55,503 nt of DNA, from positions 1-55,503 of the IMG/VR virus record IMGVR_UViG_3300026851_000044, one strand, 5' to 3'. Below are positions 47,405 to 55,503 of this stretch, in pieces. Position numbers and translations under genes: made by a program. Origin of the DNA: a virus (taxonomy: Duplodnaviria > Caudoviricetes). The first letter of the stretch is position 1, and every line of letters starts with the position of its first letter. Below the pieces are notes generated by a model, which was not told the DNA's origin, made no database searches, and saw nothing but the letters and a program-made list of their open reading frames with translations.

Positions 47405-47658
47405 AATCGCTACAGGCCACGTCTTTAAAGGGTTGTAGCCTGACATGAGCTTTGTCCGTGTGCACCAGGTGTGCAAATTCAGAACCACCCATCGCATACC
47501 TATCACCATCCTTTGGTGACCTTTTCGTTCCCAACGCCTCAAATCAGTCCAGTCGCAACCTAATCTGAAGCCCCCTTTGTCTGTCCAATACCAAGCACTA
47601 CCGACTGGCACTCCTGACACCCATGGACTATCAGACACTGCTTCACCGCTCCCAGGCA

Positions 47659-47871
47659 GTGCGACAAGGCCACGATGTCACTCTCCGCAACTGTGACAGC
47701 CATAGATCTCGCACTCGATGAGAGTGACATGGTGATATTTCGCTCTCCTAGGCTGTGACACCCTCAGATTTCGCACTAGCTGACTGCGGCGTCCAGCTGT
47801 CCCACACTCACCTACTGTAACAGGCATGATATGTCGCATTGACATTGTGCGAACTACGAAGTATATCGGGC
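47659..47871. repeat. Array of seven degenerate palindromes with 31-32 bp period
   Basis: Left half-sites (approx. SWGYGACA) at 47659, 47691, 47722, 47753, 47784, 47815, 47847, each followed 8-9 bp later by an inverted half-site. Confidence 0.75.
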
Positions 47872-47936
47872 CATTTGAGGCACTAGTGTTGCCAGGGCTG
47901 GCTTCGAAGTTGCCATTTAAGGCACTCTAACTGCCA
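47870..47936. repeat. 25-bp direct repeat pair
   Basis: GCCATTTRAGGCACT-N5-TGCCA at 47870 and 47912. Confidence 0.7.
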
Positions 47937-48074
47937 AAAAAGACCACATCTTTTTGATAAAAACACTTCCCCCACCTAATGCTCCATTTGCATAATAAGC
48001 ATATAGATTGAGTTGGCCAGTTGTGTCTATGATAGACATTTAATGCTGCTCACTCTCCTTCGGAGGTTGCGCTG

Positions 48075-48404
48075 ATGAACAATAACAATAAAAAAGGCAG
48101 GCCAACTCTTGATGCTTCAAAACGTCGAGACAAGCCACTCATCATTCGCTTAAGCGAGAAAGAGCGGGCAATTATAAAAGCCAAGTGCGAAGAAGCAGGC
48201 TACCAAGCTGCAGGGGCATTCGTGCGTGACGTCTTAGTGAGTTCGAAGGTGACGGGCAAGGTGCGCATCCCACTGTCGCACATCCAGCTCTCGGTAGAGC
48301 TACAGCGAATTGCAGGCCTTATTAGCAAAGGCCAAGACATCGAGGTAGTTGTACAGAAGCTGGTAGATATCAATAACCGCCTCTTGGGCATTGGAGAATT
48401 ATAA
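48075..48404 (+). CDS. MobC-like ribbon-helix-helix relaxosome protein
   Basis: KGRP...RDKPLIIRLSEKERAIIKAK...FVRD; GGAGG RBS; immediately upstream of the relaxase. Confidence 0.8.
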   Translation: MNNNNKKGRPTLDASKRRDKPLIIRLSEKERAIIKAKCEEAGYQAAGAFVRDVLVSSKVTGKVRIPLSHIQLSVELQRIAGLISKGQDIEVVVQKLVDINNRLLGIGEL

Positions 48405-48405
48405 G

Positions 48406-49596
48406 ATGATTGGGAAAATCACGGACAAGGGCGTGGGCTCCTTCCGGAACCGTATCGAATATATCTTCGGACTACGGAAGCACGAGCATGCCCTTACAAC
48501 AATTCGAACCATTGGCCGGAACTGCTTTTCGCCTGACCCGCTTCGCAATGGGCACGACAAAGACAAGATCGATGTCGAGGGGATGATTTCAGAGTTTGAT
48601 ACTGTTGAAAAATTAAGAAATAACGCCATCGACTCAGATCGTGTGGTGAAGCCCGTTTGGCACGCCATCCTGGCACTACCTCCAGGTGAGCACTTGGACG
48701 ACCAGCAATGGCGCGAAGCGATCGAGATGTACCTATCCGACCTTGGCTTCAGCGACCTGAACAAGTGGGTTGCGGTGCTCCACGGGGACACAGACCACGA
48801 GCATGTCCACATCGTCGCTAATCGCATTCGTTTAGATGAAGAGTTTTCCATGGTCAAGGACTCAAACGAGCGGTCGCGCAGCTGTGATTCCAAATCCAAG
48901 ATTGAGGATAACTTTGGCCTGAGTAAAGCCCCTGCACCCTCAGAAACGTGGGGAACAGCCATCTCCCGCAACGCCCTGGAAGCCGCTGAACGCGAAGGCA
49001 CGATTGCCCTGAAACACCGTATGATCGCAAAAATCGCAGGTGCCGTAGAAGCCTGCCAGGCCCAAGGCGGCGACATGTTCATGCTCATCCAGCTCCTGCG
49101 CCGGCAACAGATCTACGTCCACTTCACGAAGAACGCCGAGGGTCAGCCGACAGGCATTAGCTACGAATACAACGGCACCATCATCTCAGGCCGCAAGCTG
49201 AAACGCTCCAGGCTCACATTCCAAAAACTGACCCAACAAGAAGGCATCAGCTATGCCCCCGAAACCTTTCCAAGCCTTGAGGCTGAAGCTGCTCGAAGAT
49301 ATAGCGAACACCAAGAGCGAATCCGAGTTTTCTATCTCGTCCTCCGCGCCCGCAATCGTCGAGCCATCCGTCTCAGCATCGCAGTACAAAACCAAAAAGA
49401 GCTCGAAGCCACGATCAAGCTGATCATCGCCTTGCTCCTGAGCCTTCTGGGCATTCGAGCAAATTGGGAGCTTGAAGACAAAAAGCCCGGCGAGACCTAC
49501 TACCAACTGCGAAGCGACTGGATGACGATGCCTAGGGTCGAACAGGAGCAGGATCTGGGCATGGCCTGGGAGAATGACCCGGCGCTGGCTCTGTAA
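48406..49596 (+). CDS. Relaxase/mobilization nuclease (MOB-P-like)
   Basis: MIGKI...IEYIF catalytic Tyr; PVWHAILAL; HGDTDHEHVHIVANRI HUH motif. Confidence 0.92.
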   Translation: MIGKITDKGVGSFRNRIEYIFGLRKHEHALTTIRTIGRNCFSPDPLRNGHDKDKIDVEGMISEFDTVEKLRNNAIDSDRVVKPVWHAILALPPGEHLDDQQWREAIEMYLSDLGFSDLNKWVAVLHGDTDHEHVHIVANRIRLDEEFSMVKDSNERSRSCDSKSKIEDNFGLSKAPAPSETWGTAISRNALEAAEREGTIALKHRMIAKIAGAVEACQAQGGDMFMLIQLLRRQQIYVHFTKNAEGQPTGISYEYNGTIISGRKLKRSRLTFQKLTQQEGISYAPETFPSLEAEAARRYSEHQERIRVFYLVLRARNRRAIRLSIAVQNQKELEATIKLIIALLLSLLGIRANWELEDKKPGETYYQLRSDWMTMPRVEQEQDLGMAWENDPALAL

Positions 49597-49598
49597 TG

Positions 49599-49623
49599 AA
49601 AAATCCCCGCAGCGCGGGGATTC
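49599..49623. terminator. Intrinsic terminator between convergent genes
   Basis: AATCCCCGC-AGC-GCGGGGATT. Confidence 0.7.
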
Positions 49624-49626
49624 TAA

Positions 49627-50772
49627 TTATTTCCACTCAAGGCCTGAGGTGTCGAATTCGAAGACCCTGCTGCCTTCTTGGTAAAAATTGGCCTCGATAT
49701 AGACCTTGTCGGATTTGCGGGCCTGGCTGATAAACGATGAGGCGTTACTGATGAAAAGGAGATTTGAGCTGTGATCGTCTGGTTCGCTCGCTGACATCCT
49801 CTGGGCGTTACCTTTCGAAAACCGCACGCGGACATCGCAGTCATCGTAACCGCAGATAAACTGGCCCTTTTCGATCGCGACGTATACAGACGTCCCCCAG
49901 CGCGGGTGCTTCCTGATCGTCAGTGTGGCTCGTTGAGTCCCGCCGTATGGGAATTTGAAGTCTACTGTGTTGATCGAGGAAACGAACGCTCGGCGCACTG
50001 ACTTTCCTGAAATGCCGTCTTCACTGTCGGTATAGTTCCATGCCAGCCCCATGTTTTGCCGACGGGCCCTCTCCGCTGCTGCCTGCTCACGCAACTTCTC
50101 TTCCTCGGCGCGCTTTTCGTCGAGCTTGGCAAACTTGTCGGCGTTTTGCTGGAATGATGGATCTATAGCGGCAAGCTCGGAGTAAGTCGAAGCCAAGGCC
50201 TTGTAGTCATCCTGCTTGATTTTGCCAAGAGAGTCCAAAAGGAATGCCTTTTTCTGCTTGCTTTCCATCTCGGCTTTCTGTGCTGAAACTTTGGAAAATG
50301 CCTGGTCGATTTCGAAGCTGCCAGCGTTGCTATATTTAGACCCGAGCGCGGAGGCAGCCTCGTAATCTTGCTTCGCTATCAGCGTATTCATTTCAGCCAG
50401 GATCGCACCATTGTTCGCGCTGACGTATTCGCGCCTCTCCTTCTGTGCTTGCTCAGCTTTCTGCTGATTTGCCAAAGCCTCTTGAGCAGCGTGCTCAGCG
50501 CGATCTGCGTCCATTGCCCGGTTGCTGGTGTAGATGAACATACCGAAGCAGACAATGGTCACAACAGCGCGCATTCCAGGGGTCACTGTGATGCCAGTCT
50601 TTTCGTGGATTATGCGATTCAGTCGAGGAACGAAGATGCCGGCTGCGGCTAGCATGATCAGGCCCGACAGAAAGCTGGTGGCCATGGCACCCAAGCCAAC
50701 AATCAAGAGAACCGTGAACAGCAGCCACATCACCACTGCCCCGAACAACCCGCGCACCTTCGAATCTGTCAC
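49627..50772 (-). CDS. Membrane-anchored hypothetical protein with coiled coil and C-terminal beta domain
   Basis: Three N-terminal hydrophobic segments, A/E/Q/K-rich stalk, FKFPYGG...IEKGQFIC...FYQEG domain. Confidence 0.8.
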   Translation of the reverse strand: MTDSKVRGLFGAVVMWLLFTVLLIVGLGAMATSFLSGLIMLAAAGIFVPRLNRIIHEKTGITVTPGMRAVVTIVCFGMFIYTSNRAMDADRAEHAAQEALANQQKAEQAQKERREYVSANNGAILAEMNTLIAKQDYEAASALGSKYSNAGSFEIDQAFSKVSAQKAEMESKQKKAFLLDSLGKIKQDDYKALASTYSELAAIDPSFQQNADKFAKLDEKRAEEEKLREQAAAERARRQNMGLAWNYTDSEDGISGKSVRRAFVSSINTVDFKFPYGGTQRATLTIRKHPRWGTSVYVAIEKGQFICGYDDCDVRVRFSKGNAQRMSASEPDDHSSNLLFISNASSFISQARKSDKVYIEANFYQEGSRVFEFDTSGLEWK

Positions 50773-51087
50773 CGCAATATCTCCCTGAAAATGCCGCTGA
50801 GCCTAGGCGATAGCACTGTGCCAGCGCAATGATCCGGCTTACGAGAGGGAGAGAATTGATGAACTGGCTGAGTTCATCGAATCCAATCTGCTGGATGAGC
50901 TGGCTGACCAGGGGTGCGTCGAAGGGTTTTGCTTGAACGCCAGGGCTGGGCTTGAAAGGGAATTCACGAAATTGCAGGCTTTCAAGAAATCGTGGTGTAC
51001 TGCAGCAGCGAGGCAGATCTGGTACAAGTACAACCACTGATTTAAACTACCAGAAGGAATAACCGGCCAACTAGGCCGGCATCCGGC

Positions 51088-51624
51088 TTACTGATCTGAT
51101 GCGAATTGATCTCTTGGATTGATCGTCCAGGTGTTAATATCTTCGCCAGGCTTGTAAGGAGCTACGAACTCCGGATTTCTACAATGCAATCTTAATATGT
51201 CTATGCCTTCGCAAATCATGTTTGCAGTTTGGCGAGCTTGCAAGATCTGACTATAGTCCATTTCGTGAACATGGCCCGACTTATCGTACTTAATCATCTT
51301 CATATGGCCACCACCAACCATAGCTAAGAACCCATGGGCGATATGGTTCCTTTTATCGAGCAGGCTCTTAATTTGTTTGCACATGTTTATTATTCTTGAT
51401 ATTGCAGGGGATGGCGGTAGTTCCTTCGCGAGCGTACCTATAACTTTTACACGTTCGTCTGTTGTCTTTTTATTCCAATTATCTGGCAAGCTAATTGGGA
51501 GTTCTTGGCCAGTGAGAATTCCATAAACCAATTTTAGCTGAAAATCAATTTCATTAACGGAGTAGATCACCCAGCCCATGCTCATAGCCCATTGGTGTCT
51601 ATCTGCGTGTGGCACTCCTTGCAT
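51088..51624 (-). CDS. HEPN-like protein
   Basis: 178 aa helical protein with RNHIAH (R-X4-H) motif; AT-rich; AAGGA RBS. Confidence 0.65.
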   Translation of the reverse strand: MQGVPHADRHQWAMSMGWVIYSVNEIDFQLKLVYGILTGQELPISLPDNWNKKTTDERVKVIGTLAKELPPSPAISRIINMCKQIKSLLDKRNHIAHGFLAMVGGGHMKMIKYDKSGHVHEMDYSQILQARQTANMICEGIDILRLHCRNPEFVAPYKPGEDINTWTINPRDQFASDQ

Positions 51625-51706
51625 TCCATGTCCTTACGCATTGAATATTTGAAGGTATCCTAACAAAAAAAGCCGGTCAGTGAACGGCCTTTGGGGCTGC
51701 AGGGCT

Positions 51707-52456
51707 TTACGCGTACTCTTCTTTGAACAGCTTCGACAGACCTGTGCCGTTGACAGCCCTAGACGCCAGCAAGGTGCCCTTGATCTCTTGATCTGCCCAA
51801 TCTGCGCTTAAAAGCTGGCGTTGAGCCGCAGGCGAAAGGGCCACTTTGTGGTATGTGACTTTCACGGACTGGTCGTCGTTGCCAAGGTTGAAGCCTTCGA
51901 ACACGATCTGGACGTTCATGTTGCTGTTGATCAGGCCCTCCAGCCGAGTAGCTGCGCGCGTGGAGTAGATGACCGTTGCTTCAGCGCCGTCGACAAAGCC
52001 AGCAGCGGAGTCGAACTCGATGGAGCCGCCAGAGACCCTATACAGATCTTCTTCCAGCGGCTCTCCGCCAACAGTGACTGATGCAACGGCAGCGATCATG
52101 CCTGGCACAACCACACTCCGCCCCAAGAAGACAGAGCCAGTCCAAGTTTTCTCTACTGCAGCAGAGTCCTTGATATCAGCGAACAAGGCCAGCTTCATAA
52201 CTTCGGGGTTGAAGTCCTTGGCGGTGATTGTGAGTTCGCCAGTGTTCTTAATTACCTTGGACTTGGCTGTACTCAGAGTGCCATAAGTGGTGTCTTGCGT
52301 TTCAACTTTGTCACTTGTCAGCGCCAGGACAGCTGAAGACGAGTAAGCCACAGCGTAAAAGCCGCCGATAGGTTTATCGTGGGCATCCAGTTTTGCGATA
52401 AGGATTGCGCCGTTTCCAAGCCATCCGATGGAAGTATCAATTGTTTGTACAGGCAT
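51707..52456 (-). CDS. Siphophage-type major tail tube protein (Mu-like siphophage style)
   Basis: GWLGNGAILIA...GELTIT...LALFA...FEGFNL...KVALSPA; follows neck/terminator genes. Confidence 0.7.
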   Translation of the reverse strand: MPVQTIDTSIGWLGNGAILIAKLDAHDKPIGGFYAVAYSSSAVLALTSDKVETQDTTYGTLSTAKSKVIKNTGELTITAKDFNPEVMKLALFADIKDSAAVEKTWTGSVFLGRSVVVPGMIAAVASVTVGGEPLEEDLYRVSGGSIEFDSAAGFVDGAEATVIYSTRAATRLEGLINSNMNVQIVFEGFNLGNDDQSVKVTYHKVALSPAAQRQLLSADWADQEIKGTLLASRAVNGTGLSKLFKEEYA

Positions 52457-52492
52457 TTTATGCACCTTTGTTGTTTTTATTGTTGGTGAAGA

Positions 52493-52940
52493 TCAGTCAA
52501 AGCCAACCCAGTGTGTCCAGGTAAGAAGATACGAGCTGAAGTTGTTGTTGGAAGAATTAAAACCTGAGGCCGCAGGCTGCAGGCTGCAGCCCATTTACCT
52601 TTGGTAAGCTTAGGGTGTTCCTAGAAGATCCGCGATAGGTTTTCAGGGCTGTTACTAGCTCGTGCACAAGTCGAACCGCCCGCCTGGAAACTCCATATGT
52701 GTCTTGGTCACAAACAGCGATAATGAAGGCGCCGAAGTTAGAGTCACACACAAGCCGTGGGCCATCAGTTATAAAATCACCACCACCGTAAGAAACCAGA
52801 ACATAGCAGCGGTCACTCGACATTTGGAGATTGCCGAGCTTGTCATTTTCTATGACTCCCTCAAACAATCGCACTATCGGCTTTGATGGCAAATTTTCAA
52901 TGAGGGTTTTTTAGGCTTCGAGGGTTTCAGTGATGGCCAT
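52493..52940 (-). pseudogene. Tail terminator-like gene with nonsense and frameshift lesions
   Basis: MAITETLEA*KTLIENLP...; a 7-bp duplication (AGGCTGC at 52574-52587) shifts the C-terminus; product call rests on position only. Confidence 0.55.
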
Positions 52941-52951
52941 TCTTTTTCTTC

Positions 52952-53409
52952 TTATTTTATCACAGGCGGAGTTGTGCTCAGGGCGTTTTCAAGGTTCTGC
53001 AAAAGGATATTTTGGTATTCGGCGAGCCAGGCTTTTGGAAGTCCAGTTTTGTCTGGAAGGTATCGCCTTTGCTTAACGGTAATTCCGTACTGATGGTTGT
53101 CCACGTATATCAAGTTCGATGCTAATTCGAGGTTGGTGCCCCGGACGTTGTGATGCTATTTCTGAGCCTGCCGGTGTCGAGGAGTGGCTGACCCTGGCGG
53201 TGGTGAATAGGCGCCCATGGCTGGCCGTAAGGGTCGACGCTCCGCTGGAAGCAGGTTTTGACACGGGCAATCCAGCGGACACCGATCTGGTTGAGGCCTT
53301 TCTTAACGTGCGGGTTTGCATGGCCGAGCTGCCTGACCTTGCTCACGAGCTCTTGCAACGCTGAGGTGTCGACTTCGAGAGTGATGGGCTGGGTTGCGGC
53401 AGTGATCAT
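52952..53409 (-). pseudogene. Phage virion morphogenesis (Mu gpG-like) gene, frameshifted
   Basis: DPYGQPWAP...LLDTGRLRNSI then, in another frame, GTNLELASNLIYVDNHQYG...RRYLP; shift near 53145. Confidence 0.7.
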
Positions 53410-53664
53410 GAGCGGATGAGCCTCACGTTGTGAAAGCCGGACTTGCGGGACTCCTGGGTTGCTGTGCGGAAGCGGCCATGGGCCTACACGAATCTGGGGC
53501 AATACTTTCGTACAAATCCGAGGCTTGCCCGTCTAGCCAAAGTTTGACCAGTTGCACCATGACACCCCGCCTAGTGGCTGTAGACGTTTCGATCAGCTAT
53601 GCTCGCTAGCATACCCATGACGATATCACTTCGCCAGCAAGCCAATGCATATTTGGAAATAACT

Positions 53665-55503
53665 ATGTACTTGAAACGTGTGCAGATTGATGACGGTTTT
53701 CTAGAAGGACTAGACGTTCAACTTTCAGAAGGCCTTAATACAATAATTGGTGCAAGAGGTACAGGAAAAACGTCGCTTCTTGAATTGATAAGATTTTGCT
53801 TGGGTACTAGTGGGTTTTCTTCTGGATATCATAAAAAGTCATTCGAACATGCGTTATCAGTAATTGGCGATGGAAAAATAACTGTATCCCTTGAGGATAA
53901 CGGCCAAGAGATTTTAGTAAGTAGAGGTGCAGCGGATGCTTCGCCGTACGCTACAGCACCTTTTACACCTCCGATAATTCTTTCGCAGACCGAAGTTGAA
54001 TCGGTTGGGCTGCTGGCACAAGGGAGACTAGAGCTAATCGATTCGTTTATCACCAATCTCAGTGAGTTTGAAGCGTTCGACGGCTACATTGCTGCAGAAG
54101 TACATTCTGTCAGCAAAGAGGTAGATGCACTAATTAAAGAGCGTGCCGATACGTTAGACAGTCTACTTGAGCTTCAGCATATTAATGCCGAGCTAAGCAA
54201 TATCTCCAGCAAAGAGCAGGAAATTGCAAAATTCTCGGTGAGTGCTGCTGAGAAGCAAGCTCAAATAAATCAGCAAGCGAGAGAACTGTCGAAGTTTTCA
54301 ATCCAAGATGCCTATATTGAGCGGTTCGGAGATCGACTGAATGAAGCGCTTGCCAGTATATCGAAAGGTATAAATATGATTGCAAGTGCGGAAAACTGGG
54401 TCGGAGATGGTGGAAGTGATCCTCTTAGCCCTATTCGAGCGGCGTTGAGCGAGAACTCACACCAGCTATTTTCCGGACACGTGAGCCTGCAAAACTTGCT
54501 CCCTGTTATGAATGCGATTCGTGCGGGAATACAGAGCAATAGGGCTTCCATTGAAGAAGCCAACAGGATCTTGCGGAAAGATTTTGAATCGATAGTTGAG
54601 GGTGCTGGGAATATATCTAGGGAAGCTACGCGGATTAGAGAAAGGAAGGCAACGTTAGAAAATTTGGCGATGTTTGCTGCTGATCAAGAGCTGCGAATAG
54701 CTAGTCTGTCAACAAAGCGAAATGAGCTCTTGAATAAAATGGAAGAGTCAAGACGCTCTAGATTCAGTTGGCGTAAGCAGATATGCGACTCTATCAATAA
54801 AGCGCTCGGGCCTAAGATAAAAGTCAAAGTCGATCAATCAGGTCAGATTGACGCTTATACATCTCTACTGTCAGAAGTCTTGCGGGGGAGCGGATTAAAA
54901 TACAATGAAATAGCTAAAGCTGTAAGCGCGCTTGTAAGCCCGAGGGAACTTGGTGAGCTAGTGCAAAGTAGTAATTTTGAGCAGCTATCAACGATCACAG
55001 GCATTACAAGAGATAGGGCTGCGAAATTATTAAACCATCTACGCGATGTAGGCATGGGTGAGTTGTTAACCTGCCAAATCGAAGATGTGGTTACTTTTCA
55101 ATTGCTCGACGGGGCCGCTTACAAGGATCTGTCGCAACTTTCAACCGGGCAGCGTTGCACAGTCGTTTTGCCTATTGTTCTAGAGCATACTAGTCGGGTA
55201 ATAATAGTTGATCAGCCAGAAGATCATATCGATAACGCATTTATCGCTGAAACACTAATAAAATCAATTCGCCGACGATCTAAAAATTCTCAAATCATAT
55301 TTACCACGCACAATGCAAATATACCAGTATTAGGATATGCAGACCGCGTCATTCAGATGGAGTCTGATGGGCGACGGGGATATGTCCAACTCGAAAAGTC
55401 TCTAAATCATCATGACTCCATTGAAGCAATCAGCAATGTTATGGAGGGGGGTAAAGCGGCATTTGAATATAGGGCGAAATTTTACGCGAGCTCTGACGAA
55501 TGA
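53665..55503 (+). CDS. ABC/SMC-type coiled-coil ATPase
   Basis: GARGTGKT Walker A, long coiled coil, LSTGQ signature, IIVDQPEDHIDN Walker B/D-loop, TTHN; start could be 53599. Confidence 0.88.
   Translation: MYLKRVQIDDGFLEGLDVQLSEGLNTIIGARGTGKTSLLELIRFCLGTSGFSSGYHKKSFEHALSVIGDGKITVSLEDNGQEILVSRGAADASPYATAPFTPPIILSQTEVESVGLLAQGRLELIDSFITNLSEFEAFDGYIAAEVHSVSKEVDALIKERADTLDSLLELQHINAELSNISSKEQEIAKFSVSAAEKQAQINQQARELSKFSIQDAYIERFGDRLNEALASISKGINMIASAENWVGDGGSDPLSPIRAALSENSHQLFSGHVSLQNLLPVMNAIRAGIQSNRASIEEANRILRKDFESIVEGAGNISREATRIRERKATLENLAMFAADQELRIASLSTKRNELLNKMEESRRSRFSWRKQICDSINKALGPKIKVKVDQSGQIDAYTSLLSEVLRGSGLKYNEIAKAVSALVSPRELGELVQSSNFEQLSTITGITRDRAAKLLNHLRDVGMGELLTCQIEDVVTFQLLDGAAYKDLSQLSTGQRCTVVLPIVLEHTSRVIIVDQPEDHIDNAFIAETLIKSIRRRSKNSQIIFTTHNANIPVLGYADRVIQMESDGRRGYVQLEKSLNHHDSIEAISNVMEGGKAAFEYRAKFYASSDE

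Larger units (their letters stand above)
47381..55503. mobile_element. Second dusA-inserted island (relaxase-bearing; continues beyond the window)
   Basis: No dusA body follows the att core; GTGTGCA direct repeat at 47458/47469; mobC-relaxase and cargo genes. Confidence 0.7.

Noticed and set aside
47659-47871. CRISPR or TIGR array interpretation
   Set aside because: Repeats are short and degenerate, spacers only 7-9 bp, and no cas or Nop-domain gene is visible; kept as an unexplained array instead
50807-51040. Protein-like plus-strand frame (…ERIDELAEFIESNLLDELAD…WYKYNH*)
   Set aside because: No start codon or RBS; probably a truncated gene fragment that cannot be assigned

Overview
The window looks like Pseudomonas (fluorescens-group-like) chromosomal DNA with mobile elements stacked at the 5' end of dusA. 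(1) 1-4000: host-like genes (signal peptidase I, a C4-RNA-led DUF6124/DUF3077-type gene), a collapsed tail-gene remnant and two HNH genes. (2) About 4046-47392: an apparently intact ~43 kb temperate prophage bounded by two dusA 5' stubs that share CCGATGATGGAT. It has a dusA-associated integrase, a cI/cro/cII switch, a TOPRIM-VirE primase, a lambda-like head, a P2/R-pyocin-like contractile tail, split lysis genes and umuDC. It also carries several morons: a SIR2-like protein, a PIN-like/TM protein, membrane proteins and small-peptide cassettes. (3) From 47392 to the window end: a second dusA-inserted island with a 31-bp-period palindrome array, MobC plus relaxase, a HEPN-like gene, decaying Mu-like siphophage tail genes and an ABC/SMC-type ATPase. 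The most notable unannotated signals are a structured RNA between cro and cII whose three UGUGGUG loops are complementary to CACCACA/CCACCAC sites in early-gene leaders, the phased palindrome array, a probable +1 CUU-UAA tail-chaperone frameshift, and a type I TA-like peptide cassette. All family calls are from motif recognition and gene order; no database search was run.
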